Shown: one piece after another, positions 1 to 10,792 of the stretch | Numbering within the stretch: position 1 is the stretch's first letter | How the letters are laid out: each line of letters opens with the position of its first letter | The notes under the pieces: generated by a model | The model's database searches: none | What the model was told of the DNA's origin: nothing | What the model saw: the letters and a program-made list of their open reading frames with translations, nothing else | Made by a program: the position numbers and the translations under genes | NCBI GenBank assembly: GCA_010909165.1 | Contig: MU008158.1 | Location: 1,017,478-1,081,477 of the forward strand | Length of the DNA: 64,000 bases | Source of the DNA: Anthoceros angustus | Taxonomy: Eukaryota; Plantae; Anthocerotophyta | Direction: 5' to 3'

Positions 1-1666
1 CACTCAAATTCTTGATAGCGTGCAACCGGAACTCAAATTCATTTCTTGCAATTAGCAGATTTGTTTCTTCGAGGCAAACCATCTTACGTTGAACACCATT
101 GCCGAAGTTACAATCTAAAAGACCTCGTACACTACGGTGGCCATCAAATCATAGAGCATAAGAGCCTTGACTTCATAAGGATATTCAATCCATACAAGGC
201 ATTTTTCAATTTGTAACTGCCTTTGGATAGCATGGGTAGTCCAAGTAGAACACCTAATATCCTAGAGGCATAGATTCTAAATCGGCATCCGGTTCTTAAA
301 GGCAAGAGATTTTTCTGGGTAGGTATGCGCTCCTCAAACGCGTTTGTATTTGTAGATGGCTCTCCCATGGACATTTCCTTCGTGCATTCATTTGAATATA
401 ACCCTCACGATTTCCAATTTACAATTCCATACAATGATCTTCGTGCTTTTGAACTCACGGTTCCATGGAAAGCTTCTAATTTGGTCATCGCTCCAATTGT
501 CTACGATGCACACCCACGACTTGAACAATTGTTGAAGTAAACTTCAACATAATATTAACTTCAGCGAACTCAAATAAGAAACGTGACCAGTAGTAGCGCT
601 CCACATACCTATAGTGATATGAAGGCATTACTTTTATGCGAACTTACTTGTCATTACTTTGTACTTCAAGACCGTGCTTAAGATAACTAAAATGGCGCCA
701 TAGTTAGTACAACACACTTCCTTTCCATTTTATACTAGAAATTTAATTTTGGGATGCTATTTTTATACAAACTTGCGTCTTTTAGTCCTCACGATTATCC
801 GAACTTTAAAAGTCATGGTTGTATGTTAACTTCAATGTTGCTTGACGAAAGTGAATAGGTATATCATGCAAACTTACTTGTCACCACATGTACTCTCCGA
901 ACATGCATACATGTATTGTTCGATGTGATGCTGAGATAACTAAAGTGGCATGCCAACATATATTTTCGGACTGCAAGGCTTAGAGTTTGCTTTTTAAACA
1001 TTACTCTTCATTCTCTGTTGTGCATCACTATAAGCGCCATGTCTCTTACATATTCAAAGATGAATCGTTTGAACCGCCATATGCAACATCACTTGGAGGA
1101 GGTGCAGAGAACTAACCTGGAAGCATGGGTTGTCACTCAAATTCTTGATAGCGTGCAACCGGAACTCAAATTCATTTCTTGCAATTAGCAGATTTGTTTC
1201 TTCGAGGCAAACCATCTTACGTTGAACACCATTGCCGAAGTTACAATCTAAAAGACCTCGTACACTACGGTGGCCATCAAATCATAGAGCATAAGAGCCT
1301 TGACTTCATAAGGATATTCAATCCATACAAGGCATTTTTCAATTTGTAACTGCCTTTGGATAGCATGGGTAGTCCAAGTAGAACACCTAATATCCTAGAG
1401 GCATAGATTCTAAATCGGCATCCGGTTCTTAAAGGCAAGAGATTTTTCTGGGTAGGTATGCGCTCCTCAAACGCGTTTGTATTTGTAGATGGCTCTCCCA
1501 TGGACATTTCCTTCGTGCATTCATTTGAATATAACCCTCACGATTTCCAATTTACAATTCCATACAATGATCTTACGTGCTTTTGAACTCACGGTTCCAT
1601 GGAAAGCTTCTAATTTTGGTCGCTCAATTGTCTCGATGCACACCCGACTTGAACAATTGTTGAAGT
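1..1666. repeat. Direct duplication, period 1133 bp (1-538 recurs at 1134-~1666; first copy cut by window edge)
   Basis: cactcaaattcttgatagcg occurs at 1 and 1134; ORFs 144-374 and 1277-1507 are identical. Confidence 0.95.
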
Positions 1667-3700
1667 AGAAGCAGCGGCAGTCGATTACGAGCTTGGAGGC
1701 AAATCCAAGCTTGAGAACCGAACAAACAAGTGTTTTAATCATCTTCGAATAAACTAAGTTGTTGCATGGTGCCCACTTCCTAGAATATTGGCTTCGTTGG
1801 TATTTGCACATCGTTCATATTCAACAGTTCGATGGGTTTTCAAATGGAAATTGTGAGAAAACGTCTTCTCAAAAATTTATTGCTGAAACGTTTGTAGCTG
1901 GTATAGAAAAGCACTTTGGTACTACCACTGAAAATTCATTAAACTTTGTCCACAATATGATTGCACATCAATATATATAAACTTCTAAATGACTTATTGA
2001 AATTTGTAACTTTTAATTCTCGACAAGTACACTCTATTACGAAGTTCATTGACTTCAGCTTCAAACTCATATAAGCACGCATAGCATGGCAATTCTATTC
2101 TTCTACTGCATTTGAATTATAAGTATATATACAATCCAACCTCCCCCCGCCCCTAATTGGGACTGGTTCGGAGTGCCTTCAGAGGTCTCATTAAAGGAGG
2201 TGTCCCGATTACATTTTCCCTATCTAAAAAATAATGCAAATATCATAAATTTAAAAAAAAAGATACTCAAAAAGAGGAAATTCTAAATTTTGATTGATAG
2301 GTTTTACTGAATATAACTTTTACCACTTCTCTACATAGTTGCTTGAAAGCTAGCACTCTCTCTAACCAGCCTTAAAAATCCTCCACCTATCATAAAGGAA
2401 AAAACTTAGCTTAGGAGTCTTTAATCACACCTAAAAGTCTATAGTGCTTTGAAATAATCGATTCTTTTTTCGTTTTTTAATATTTTTAATAAAAAATTAA
2501 AAATCCCATTCAGGGAAATGAAATGAACATGAATGTATGTTTCAAAAGGTCCCAAATACCATTTGGGAAATGTCGATTTTTACGGGTAGGTGCGCTCCTC
2601 AAAGCGCGTTTGTATTTGTAGATGGCTCTCCCATGGACATTTTCCTTCGTGCATTCATTTGAATATAACCCTCACGATTTCCAATTTACAATTCCATACA
2701 ATGATCTTCGTGCTTTTGAACTCACGGTTCCATGGAAAGCTTCTAATTTGGTCATCGCTCCAATTGTCTACGATGCACACCCACGACTTGAACAATTGTT
2801 GAAGTAGAAGCAGCGGCAGTCGATTACGAGCTTGGAGGCAAATCCAAGCTTGAGGAACAAACAAAATTGTTTTAATCATCTTCGAATAAACTAAGTTGTT
2901 GCATGGTGCCCACTTCCTAGAATATTGGCTTCGTTGGTGACTGCACACATACGTTCATATTCCAACAGATTTCAGTAGGTTTTCAAATGGAAATTGTGAG
3001 AAAACGTCTTCTCAAAAATTTATTGCTGAAACGTTTGTAGCTGGTATAGAAAAGCACTTTGGTACTACCGAAAATTCATTAAACTTTGTCCACAATATGA
3101 TTGCATCAATATATATAAACTTCTAAATGACTTATTGAAATTTGTAACTTTTAATTCGACAAGTACACTCTATTACGAAGTTCATTGACGACTTCAAACT
3201 CATATAAGCACGCATAGCATGGCAATTCTATTCTTCTCGCATTTGAATTATAAGTATATATACAATCCAACCTCCCCGCCCCTAATTGGGACTGGTTGGA
3301 GTGCCTTGAGGTCTCATTAAAGGAGGTGTCCCGATTACATTTTCCCTATCTAAAAAATAATGCAAATATCATAAATTTAAAAAGATACTCAAAAGAGGAA
3401 ATTCTAAATTTTGATTGATAGGTTTTGAATATAACTTTTACCACTTCTCTACATAGTTGCTTGAAAGCTAGCACTCTCTCTAACCTTGACCTTAAAATCC
3501 TCCACCTATCATAAAGGAAAAACTTAGCTTAGGAGTCTTTAATCACACCTAAAAGTCTATAGTGCTTTGAAATAATCGATTCTTTTTTCGTTTTTTAATA
3601 TTTTTAATAAAAAATTAAAAATCCCATTCAGGGAAATGAAATGAACATGAATGTATGTTTCAAAAGGTCCCAAATACCATTTGGGGAAATGTCGCATTTT
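1441..3700. repeat. Tandem duplication, period ~1.14 kb (1441-2583 / 2584-3700)
   Basis: gggtagg(ta)tgcgctcctcaaa ... gggaaatgtcg is repeated; the copies differ mostly by small indels. Confidence 0.92.
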
Positions 3701-3760
3701 TTACACTATAAACTAAAGGGAGTAGGATGGGAGGTCCCAGTTAGAGAGGAATCCCATTTA
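3261..3760. mobile_element. Probable pogo/Tc1-mariner-like MITE (truncated second copy at ~2130-2583)
   Basis: Left end TA-CAATCCAACCTCCCC..CTAATTGGGAC and right end GTCCCAGTTAGAGAGGAATCCCATT-TA form an imperfect inverted repeat with TA flanks; the ~500 bp interior is AT-rich and non-coding. Confidence 0.4.
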
Positions 3761-3785
3761 TGTGAATGAATTAATTTCTGAAACA

Positions 3786-4015
3786 CATTCATTCTATGAT
3801 TGTATTAGCATTCATTCTATGATTGTAATAGCATTCATTCTATGATTGTAATAGCATTCATTCTATGATTGTAATAGCATTCATTCTATGATTGTAATAG
3901 CATTCATTCTATGATTGTAATAGCATTCATTCTATGATTGTAATAGCATTCATTCTATGATTGTAATAGCATTCATTCTATGATTGTAATAGCATTCATT
4001 CTATGATTGTAATAG
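3786..4015. repeat. 23-bp minisatellite (CATTCATTCTATGATTGTAATAG)x10, left half of an interrupted array
   Basis: Directly visible near-perfect tandem units. Confidence 0.98.
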
Positions 4016-4056
4016 AGATGATTTATTGAGGTGAAAGAACGATGGAAAGAGACCAT

Positions 4057-7000
4057 CTAGGAAGGGACAACAAATGGGGACCCGGGTCGGAGTGAAGAGG
4101 AGCAACCGAGCTCCCTACCTAAAGTGACCAATCGCACCCACAATGTCATATGCGTGTAGAATAAACTACCGCAAACCACGGAGGAAGAGGAAAAGGCATC
4201 ACCCACCGCCGCCGCCTTATGGAGAATCGCTGAGAGCGCCTGAAGAGCAATAGAAACCCGCCGGAAGTATGTCAGGAAGTACGAGAGGGACAACCGACTA
4301 TGCTCCAAGATGGTAAGCTTTGGCACAAGACTTGATGAATTTGTCAAAGTCCTCACCATTGCCCCATACGCTTTAGAGCAAGCGGATAAAGAGGTGGCCC
4401 GCTTGCATCCTCGCTATACTTATGACCTTGAGAGTCAGACGGCAGCACACCGACGGATGACTGAGCGAGGTGGCGCCACGTGTGGTCGGTAACCACTACA
4501 TCCGCCACCACAACCTCGTCGCCACGGACAAGGTATAAGTCCGCCCGATTGAACGACCGTAAGAAGAGTATACTCCCGCCTCCTCCAGCCATATAGCCAC
4601 TTTCGCGAGCAATGGCAAACATGACGCCACGGATGGCGCCATGAGTGGCAATGCGATGACTCGTGGGGACAACGAGCAAGGTGGACACCGAGACGCCAAG
4701 AGCAGAGCCGCACTCACAAGTGAGGAGCGAAGAAGCCACAGCGGAGTAGGCCGAGACGGAATCGCATCGCAGAGTGAAGGTGGTTGGTGCGATGTGAAAT
4801 CCCGTATGCATGGGCGGGCCAAGAGCTGCCTCCCTTCCTGCAAGAGCCGCCGCCTAGTGGACCTCGAGATGGAGGGGTCCTGGAGGATGATCAAAAGCTC
4901 GGCCGAGCCGCTCGAGCGAGATGCCGCAATCCCTAAAGCCATCGTGATAAATGTAGAGAAAGGAGGAAGTCCTTCCGAGCATCCGCCGATAACATGTCTC
5001 CGGCCCGCCTCAAGGACGATTGAGAGAGAAGGTTCCCTCCTCCACACTTGATACGAGATCCTCGAGAAAGGGCTTGTCATGGAGGATGAAACGGAAGCCA
5101 AGGCAGGCAGAGAGGGCCCAACTCCCAAGAAAGCCGCCGGGAAGAGACCACGATGAGCCCCACGCCCAAATTGCACAGTGTGGATGCTGGCCAGTCGCCC
5201 CTGTGGCACTCAAAAGCCCCGAGCCCAAGATGTCCCCAAGAGTATCCATAATCTTCAGATCAAACCCCGAGCCGGACAAAAGGACCGAGACTGAGAGGCA
5301 ACAGACGATGAGGTACCAGGCGCCTAGCAAAACAGAAGGAAAAGGATTCCAAAGGCCACCGAGCATCCTCCAAAGAAAGGGAGGTCTTCAATATGGGAGA
5401 GGTCCTCTGCAAGGGCCTTGTCCAGGAAGCTCCCAATGAAGTCGGGGGAACCAAAGGGGACCCCAAGAATCCGCAGACCAAGAGCCGGAGCAATCTCCCC
5501 AGCAGGAAACTGCAGAGTAGGCAGGATCCCGACGGGGACCAGATGCGGCACTTGGACATCTTGACCTTCAAGCCCACCAACGAAAGCTCGGAAGAGAATA
5601 TCTCAAAGGCCTCCTTGACTTTGTCCCCAGGCCCGAGGATGTGAGAATCGCCCGCCAACAAAGACAAGGCAGCTGGAGAGGGCGGCCCAGACAGGGCCCT
5701 ATAGTGAGCAATAGCGAAGAGAGCACCGCCTAGCGGGTCGCCTGCACTGTGGCCGATTCCAAGACGAGACGAAACTCAAGAGACGCGTTCTCAGGCCGGT
5801 AGTAGAGGTTGGAGGACCTCCCGTAGAAGCACCGGACAAAGGGTATAAGACTCCCTAGGACGCCGCCAGCATCCCTAAGCTCCTCAAAGATGACGCTCCG
5901 GGAAATGGTATTGAAGGCGTTCTCGACATCCACCTGTAAGACTACCCAATCCGGGTGGGTATCAAGGCAAGCTTTCACCCCTAGCACCACAGACTCGCAG
6001 CCCCCCGGAGTGGCAATGCCAAATTGAAGGGGGTTGAAGTGCTGCTGGAGAAGGGAGCGACCGCAGAGAGTAGGCCGAGTAGCCGCATGAAGGCCTCCCA
6101 ACCGCGAGTGGGCGACGCCGAGGTGCTTGTCCATAGCGACAAGCCTACTAGCAAGAAATGAACCGGTGAGGCATCTCTCCACGAGCCACCGCAGCCAGAG
6201 AAAGAGCTGAAAGCCGCTAGATGGATCTTCGGGAGAAAGAGGTCCCTAAGGTGTTCGAACACCATTCCCGACAAACCGCAGATGAAAGACGAGGGTTGTG
6301 GAGAGAGCGAGCAAAAGCCGCCGGTCCAGGAGAAGGGATCCTCGGGACATAGTCGGATATGTCCGGGAATGGCATCCTTAGGTGGCGGATGGAGGCACGG
6401 AGGGCAATTGTCTCTTCAAGCGGAGGCCGAGGGACGGGTCAAGAGCCCTAGCAGCAGCATATTCACCCCTGCGCCAAGCAACTTGCGGCGTAGGTTTGTT
6501 GCATTACCTGCACTGCTCCAACCGGCCGAGATTCCGCCGGACTTGGCAAAGACGCATGCCTCCTCTCAAGAGCCGCCGCCACCAAAACGCCAAGGCTAGC
6601 AACTTCAGGTGAAGCTCTAGTGGACACAGAGATGGAGGGGTCTGGAGAGCTGGCGGCGCTTCTCGGCGAGATGCCGCAATCCCTAAAGCCATCGATGATA
6701 AATGTAGAAAGGAGGAAGTCCTTAGAGCATCTGCGATAACATGTCTCGGCCCGCCTCAAGGGCGATTGGAGAGAAGGTTCCCTCCTCCACTTGATCGAGA
6801 TCCTCGAGAAAGGGCTTGTCATGGAGGATGAAGCAGGAAGCCAAGGCGAGGAAGGGCCCAACTCCCAAGAAAGGGAAGAGACCTCGATGAGGAGCGTCCT
6901 CGCCTCCAAATTGCAGGCGGGGATGCTTGCGGGCAGTCGCCCAGGGCACTCAAAAGCCCCAGGCCCAAGATGTCCCCAAGAGTATCCATAATCTTACTTA

Positions 7001-8900
7001 TCAAACCCGGGCCGGACAAAAGGGCCGAGGCGGAGGCGTCTGGATGAGGTACCAGGCGCCTAGCAAAAGCAGAAGGAAAGGATTCCAAAGGCCACACAGG
7101 CATCCTCCGGCAAAGGGAGGTCTTCAATATGGGAGAGGTCCTCTGCAAGGGCCTTGTCCGAGCTCCCAATGAAGTCGGGGGAACCAAAGGGGACCCCAAT
7201 CCATGAGACCAAGAGCAGCAATCTCCCAGCTGCAGTGGCGGGATCCCGACGGAGACGCAGCACTTGGACATCTTGACCTTCAAGCCCACCTGTAGCTCGG
7301 AAGAGAATATCTCAAAGGCCTCCTTGACTTTGTCCCGGGCAGAGGATGTGAGAATCGTGCAGAAGGGAAGACCACGGGGGCGGCCCTAGGCAGGCCCTAT
7401 AGTGAGCAATAGCGAAGAGCACCGCCTAGCGGGTCGCCTTGCACAGTACATGGCCGATTCAAGGCAGGCAGAGAAACACGAAGAGCGTTCTTGTCTTTGG
7501 TAGTAGAGGTTGGAGGACCTCCGTAGAAGCAGGACAAAGGGTATAAGACTCCCTAGGGGCCGGACATCCCTAAGCTCCTCAAAGATGGCCTCAGGAAATG
7601 GTATTGAAGGCGTTCTCGACATCCACTGTAAGACTACCCAATCCGGGTGGGTATCAAGGCAAGCTTTCACCCCTAGCACCACCTCGCCCAGTGGTATGCA
7701 AAATTGAAGGGGTTGAAGTCTTCTTTGGAGAAGGGGCGGCAGGCGATAGTCGGTGAGTAGCCGCATGAAGGCCTCCCAACCGCAGTGGGCGCACGCCGAG
7801 CGAGGCGGGCTTGTCCATAGCGACAAGCCTACTAGGCTACAAACATGAAATCCGGTGAGGCATCTCTCCACGAGCCCGCGGCCCGGAGAAAGAGCTCGGA
7901 AAGCCGCTAGATGGATCTTGGGAGAAAGAGGTCCCTAAGGTGTTCGAACACCATTCGACAAACCGGATGAAAGGCGAGGGTTGTGGAGAGCGAGCAAAAG
8001 CCGCCGGTCGAGAGAAGGATCCTCGGGACATAGTCGGATATGTCGGGGGCATCCTTAGGTGGCGGATGGAGGCACGGAGGCGGCAATTGTCTCTTGAGCG
8101 GAGGCCGGAGGGGCGGGTCGAAGAGCCCTAGCGGAGCATATTCACCACTTTGGCCAAGCAACTGCGGCGTAGGTTTGTTGCATTACGGTACTGTTCAAGC
8201 TAGATTCCGGGACTTGGCGGCCTGACCTCCTCTGAAGAGCCGCCCGATCGCCCGGCCGAGCGGCTAGCAACTTCACGGTGCCCGAGCTCCCCTAGTGCAA
8301 TCAAGACACCATCGGGAGAAGAAGGAGGAGACACCAAGCTAACTCATCCCGGATCGAAAAGGCGATCTAGGGAAGACGAAATGCCGACGGCATCATCGTG
8401 AAGGTGCCGAGGAAGCTGGAAGATACGCGACATGGAAAGCGGGTTTCAACATCCCAAGGATGTGATCCGGTGACCGCAACCATTCCTGTGAAGAAAGAGG
8501 CACCACAAGGAGAAAGCTACTGCCGGCGGCGGACGTGGAGGAGGTCGCAGTGCACTTGGGCAGCCTGTAGTCTGGTCGAAATCTTTATGCATGTGCCCGA
8601 GGTGAGTTTTCACCCCTTGACGCAGAGAGTTGAGCATGATCGACAAGGAGTGTCCTTGACAAATACGAGGGTGTGGATCGCCCCATTGGATGGGGGACGA
8701 AAAGGGCCTGCAAACGCCAGTTGAAGGGTAACAGGGCCGAAGAGGTACCGGGACCGAGGGCAAAATGACCCCAGACTGGACCGGACATACAGAGTTTGAG
8801 CTCCGTATGGCGAACCCCAAAAGGCCGGCCAAAGGGCCCCAGCCAAGAGGGGGTGCAACCCACAGGACCACTGCCAACCACCAAACTAACGCCCACACCA
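4057..8900 (-). pseudogene. Single ORF of the non-LTR element, frameshifted in this sequence: N-terminal Cys/His region, reverse transcriptase, Zn knuckle, PD-(D/E)xK-type endonuclease
   Basis: RT motifs LQFGIATPGGCE, VLQVDVENAFNTISR and (Q)GDPLG (5730-6182, repeated 7386-7871); GLRILGVPFGSPDF; CECG..H..RIATHGAIR followed by RADLYL..VADVVVTD (4353-4811); C-terminal FRRVSIALQ; Cys/His-rich ICQGH..THLGHMH near 8590-8670. Confidence 0.85.
4855..8295. repeat. Internal tandem duplication (~1.7 kb) of the RT region: 4855-6617 / 6618-8295
   Basis: ctagtggac..gagatggaggggtc recurs at ~4855 and ~6618; RT motifs appear twice. Confidence 0.9.
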
Positions 8901-9042
8901 GAACTCAAGACTAAAAGGGGTGAGATCCTCAGGAAAGAAGCCCAACCGAAAAGTATAAGCAAAGAATCAGATGAAAATGGACTCACGAACATGTAATAGA
9001 GCTCACAACAATCACACAATCAACAACCATCAATCAATCGAA

Positions 9043-9235
9043 ACATCTAGGGCCTAAACGCCGCAACACCTAGGGCATAACACTCAACAAGCAACATCTA
9101 GGGCCTAGCATTCACCGCAACACCTAGGGCATAACACTCAACCGCAACATCTAGGGCATAACACTCGCAACATCTAGGGCCCCTCCTAACACCTAGGGCA
9201 TAACACTCACCGCAACATCTAGGGCCTAGCACCTG
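9043..9235. repeat. Degenerate ~20-22-bp tandem repeat (GCAACA(C/T)CTAGGGC(ATAACACTC/CT)) in the retrotransposon 5' region
   Basis: About 9 CTAGGGC cores visible. Confidence 0.9.
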
Positions 9236-9728
9236 CACTCAAAGCGCCAATATAATGAGCTTGTAATTGGATAACATCCCCTTATCTTCACCTCGATTCG
9301 AATGTGAAAATATCTTCCCAACCATTGGCTCATTCCATATAGCTTAAGAACCGCATGTCACCCAAGATGTACCATGCCTTGTCAATCTTCACTTTATCCT
9401 CAAAAGGTTCTATGCCTTCTGGATCTTCAATGTATCTGGCCAATGTACGGCACATATTCCACCGAGGGTTTCAACCCCTAGTTCTCGCCAACACAAAGAT
9501 CCCGGCTCCGGTCTTTAAATAATAAGTTCATATGCTCCTTGATATATAAGGCTTAACATCTTGAGGATAGAGGAGCCCTAGCCAAGATCATTGCCCTCGA
9601 TGACATAGCATAGAAGCTTTGTGATGGATATATGATATTTGAATATAGTGGAGCTCACATACATCAAGATTGAATATATAGATACGCGAGCGAAGAGAGC
9701 ACTCAAGAAACCACTCCCAAGATAGGTC

Positions 9729-9921
9729 CCACAGGAAGGAACACAACTCTCCATGTGAAGGAGCACCACCACTCTCCACAGGAAGGAACACCACCACTCT
9801 CCACAAGAAGGAACATCTATCTCCACAGGAAGCAGCACCACCACTCTCCACAGGAAGGAGCACCACCACTCTCCACAGGAAGGAGCACCACCACTCTCCA
9901 CAGGAAGGAGCACCACCACTC
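9729..9921. repeat. 25-bp tandem repeat (CCACAGGAAGGAGCACCACCACTCT) x~8
   Basis: Directly visible; abuts the right minisatellite array. Confidence 0.95.
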
Positions 9922-10105
9922 AATAGTAATAGCATGATTGTAATGATTGCATTCTATGATTGTAATAGCATTCATTCTATGATTGTAATAGCATTCATTC
10001 TATGATTGTAATAGCATTCATTCTATGATTGTAATAGCATTCATTCTATGATTGTAATAGCATTCATTCTATGATTGTAAAAGCATTCATTATATGATTG
10101 TAATA
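9922..10105. repeat. 23-bp minisatellite, right half of the array (~7-8 units)
   Basis: Same unit and orientation as 3786-4015; the first units are scrambled at the junction. Confidence 0.97.
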
Positions 10106-10210
10106 ATGTGCACAAGTTACATGATCCAATAGTGTAAAATATGAAAACACATGATAGAATAGTTGAAAAATATATGGCCAAAATCTTGACTGGTTTTGAT
10201 TCAAAGCTAT

Positions 10211-10305
10211 GCATGACTATCCAGTTCTTGTGTTTGCTCTAACAACGGAACTTGCAATGCATGACTGTCCAGTTCTTGTGTTTGCTCTAACAACGGAACT
10301 TGCAA
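10211..10305. repeat. ~48-bp direct duplication
   Basis: gcatgact(a/g)tccagttcttgtgtttgctctaacaacggaacttgcaat occurs twice. Confidence 0.95.
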
Positions 10306-10792
10306 TATTTAACAACATGCCTTCAGTTTTTTTGTCCGAACATAGGTCCTCAAATAATGTGAACCAATAGATGGTGTTTTACTCAACAACACGTAAGGTG
10401 TCCGCGTATTGGTCTTACATGTAAAGCATTCTTTGGGACCTATGATCTTTATCATGATGCTTAAACATGAAATCCCGTCATAGCAAGCAGAGTTAATCAG
10501 AAAAATAATGTTTCCTGACGATGTTTCCTTACAGGCCAAAGGTGTCGCAGGGTCTCCCCCTTCTCTCCGTTCCTCCCCCTTTTCCATATTGGAAAAGGAG
10601 GAAGTGTGGCGTTTCAAATTTGGACTTTCAACGCAGCAGAGCCACCAATCACCCCGGTCGGTTATCCTTCCCAATTTGAACTGACTTGGGTGCGCCGCAG
10701 GCGAGATGTTCATAATACTCCCTTAGTCCGCAAGCTCCATCGTCGGAATCTATCAATGCAAAACGCTTGGATTCCAGTTGTCAAGAATCCCA

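Larger units (their letters stand above)
4016..9921 (-). mobile_element. CRE-clade (restriction-like endonuclease) non-LTR retrotransposon inserted in the 23-bp minisatellite
   Basis: RT, zinc-knuckle and RLE motifs (see the ORF entry); AATAAA close to the 3' junction (tttatt 4022-4027); tandem repeats in the 5' region; the same minisatellite on both sides, with AATAG at both junctions (4011-4015, 9922-9926). The 5' boundary could instead be ~9240. Confidence 0.85.

Noticed and set aside
144-374. YKLKNALYGL resembles the Copia RT motif
   Set aside because: The flanking Copia motifs (QPEGF before, KQAPRAW after) are absent; probably coincidental.
2655-2948. VCIVDNW..STKIIV resembles NB-ARC kinase-2/RNBS-B
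   Set aside because: No P-loop or GLPL in frame, and the match is weak.
4310-9000. Many plus-strand ORFs over the retrotransposon and similar short ORFs in GC-rich 51.6-64 kb
   Set aside because: They are shadow ORFs of GC-rich coding or repetitive sequence with no recognisable motifs.
9043-9235. CTAGGG repeats as an interstitial telomere
   Set aside because: The cores are embedded in ~21-bp units, not contiguous TTTAGGG.
3786-10105. Tandem arrays as CRISPR
   Set aside because: The units are contiguous with no unique spacers, there are no cas genes, and the context is eukaryotic.
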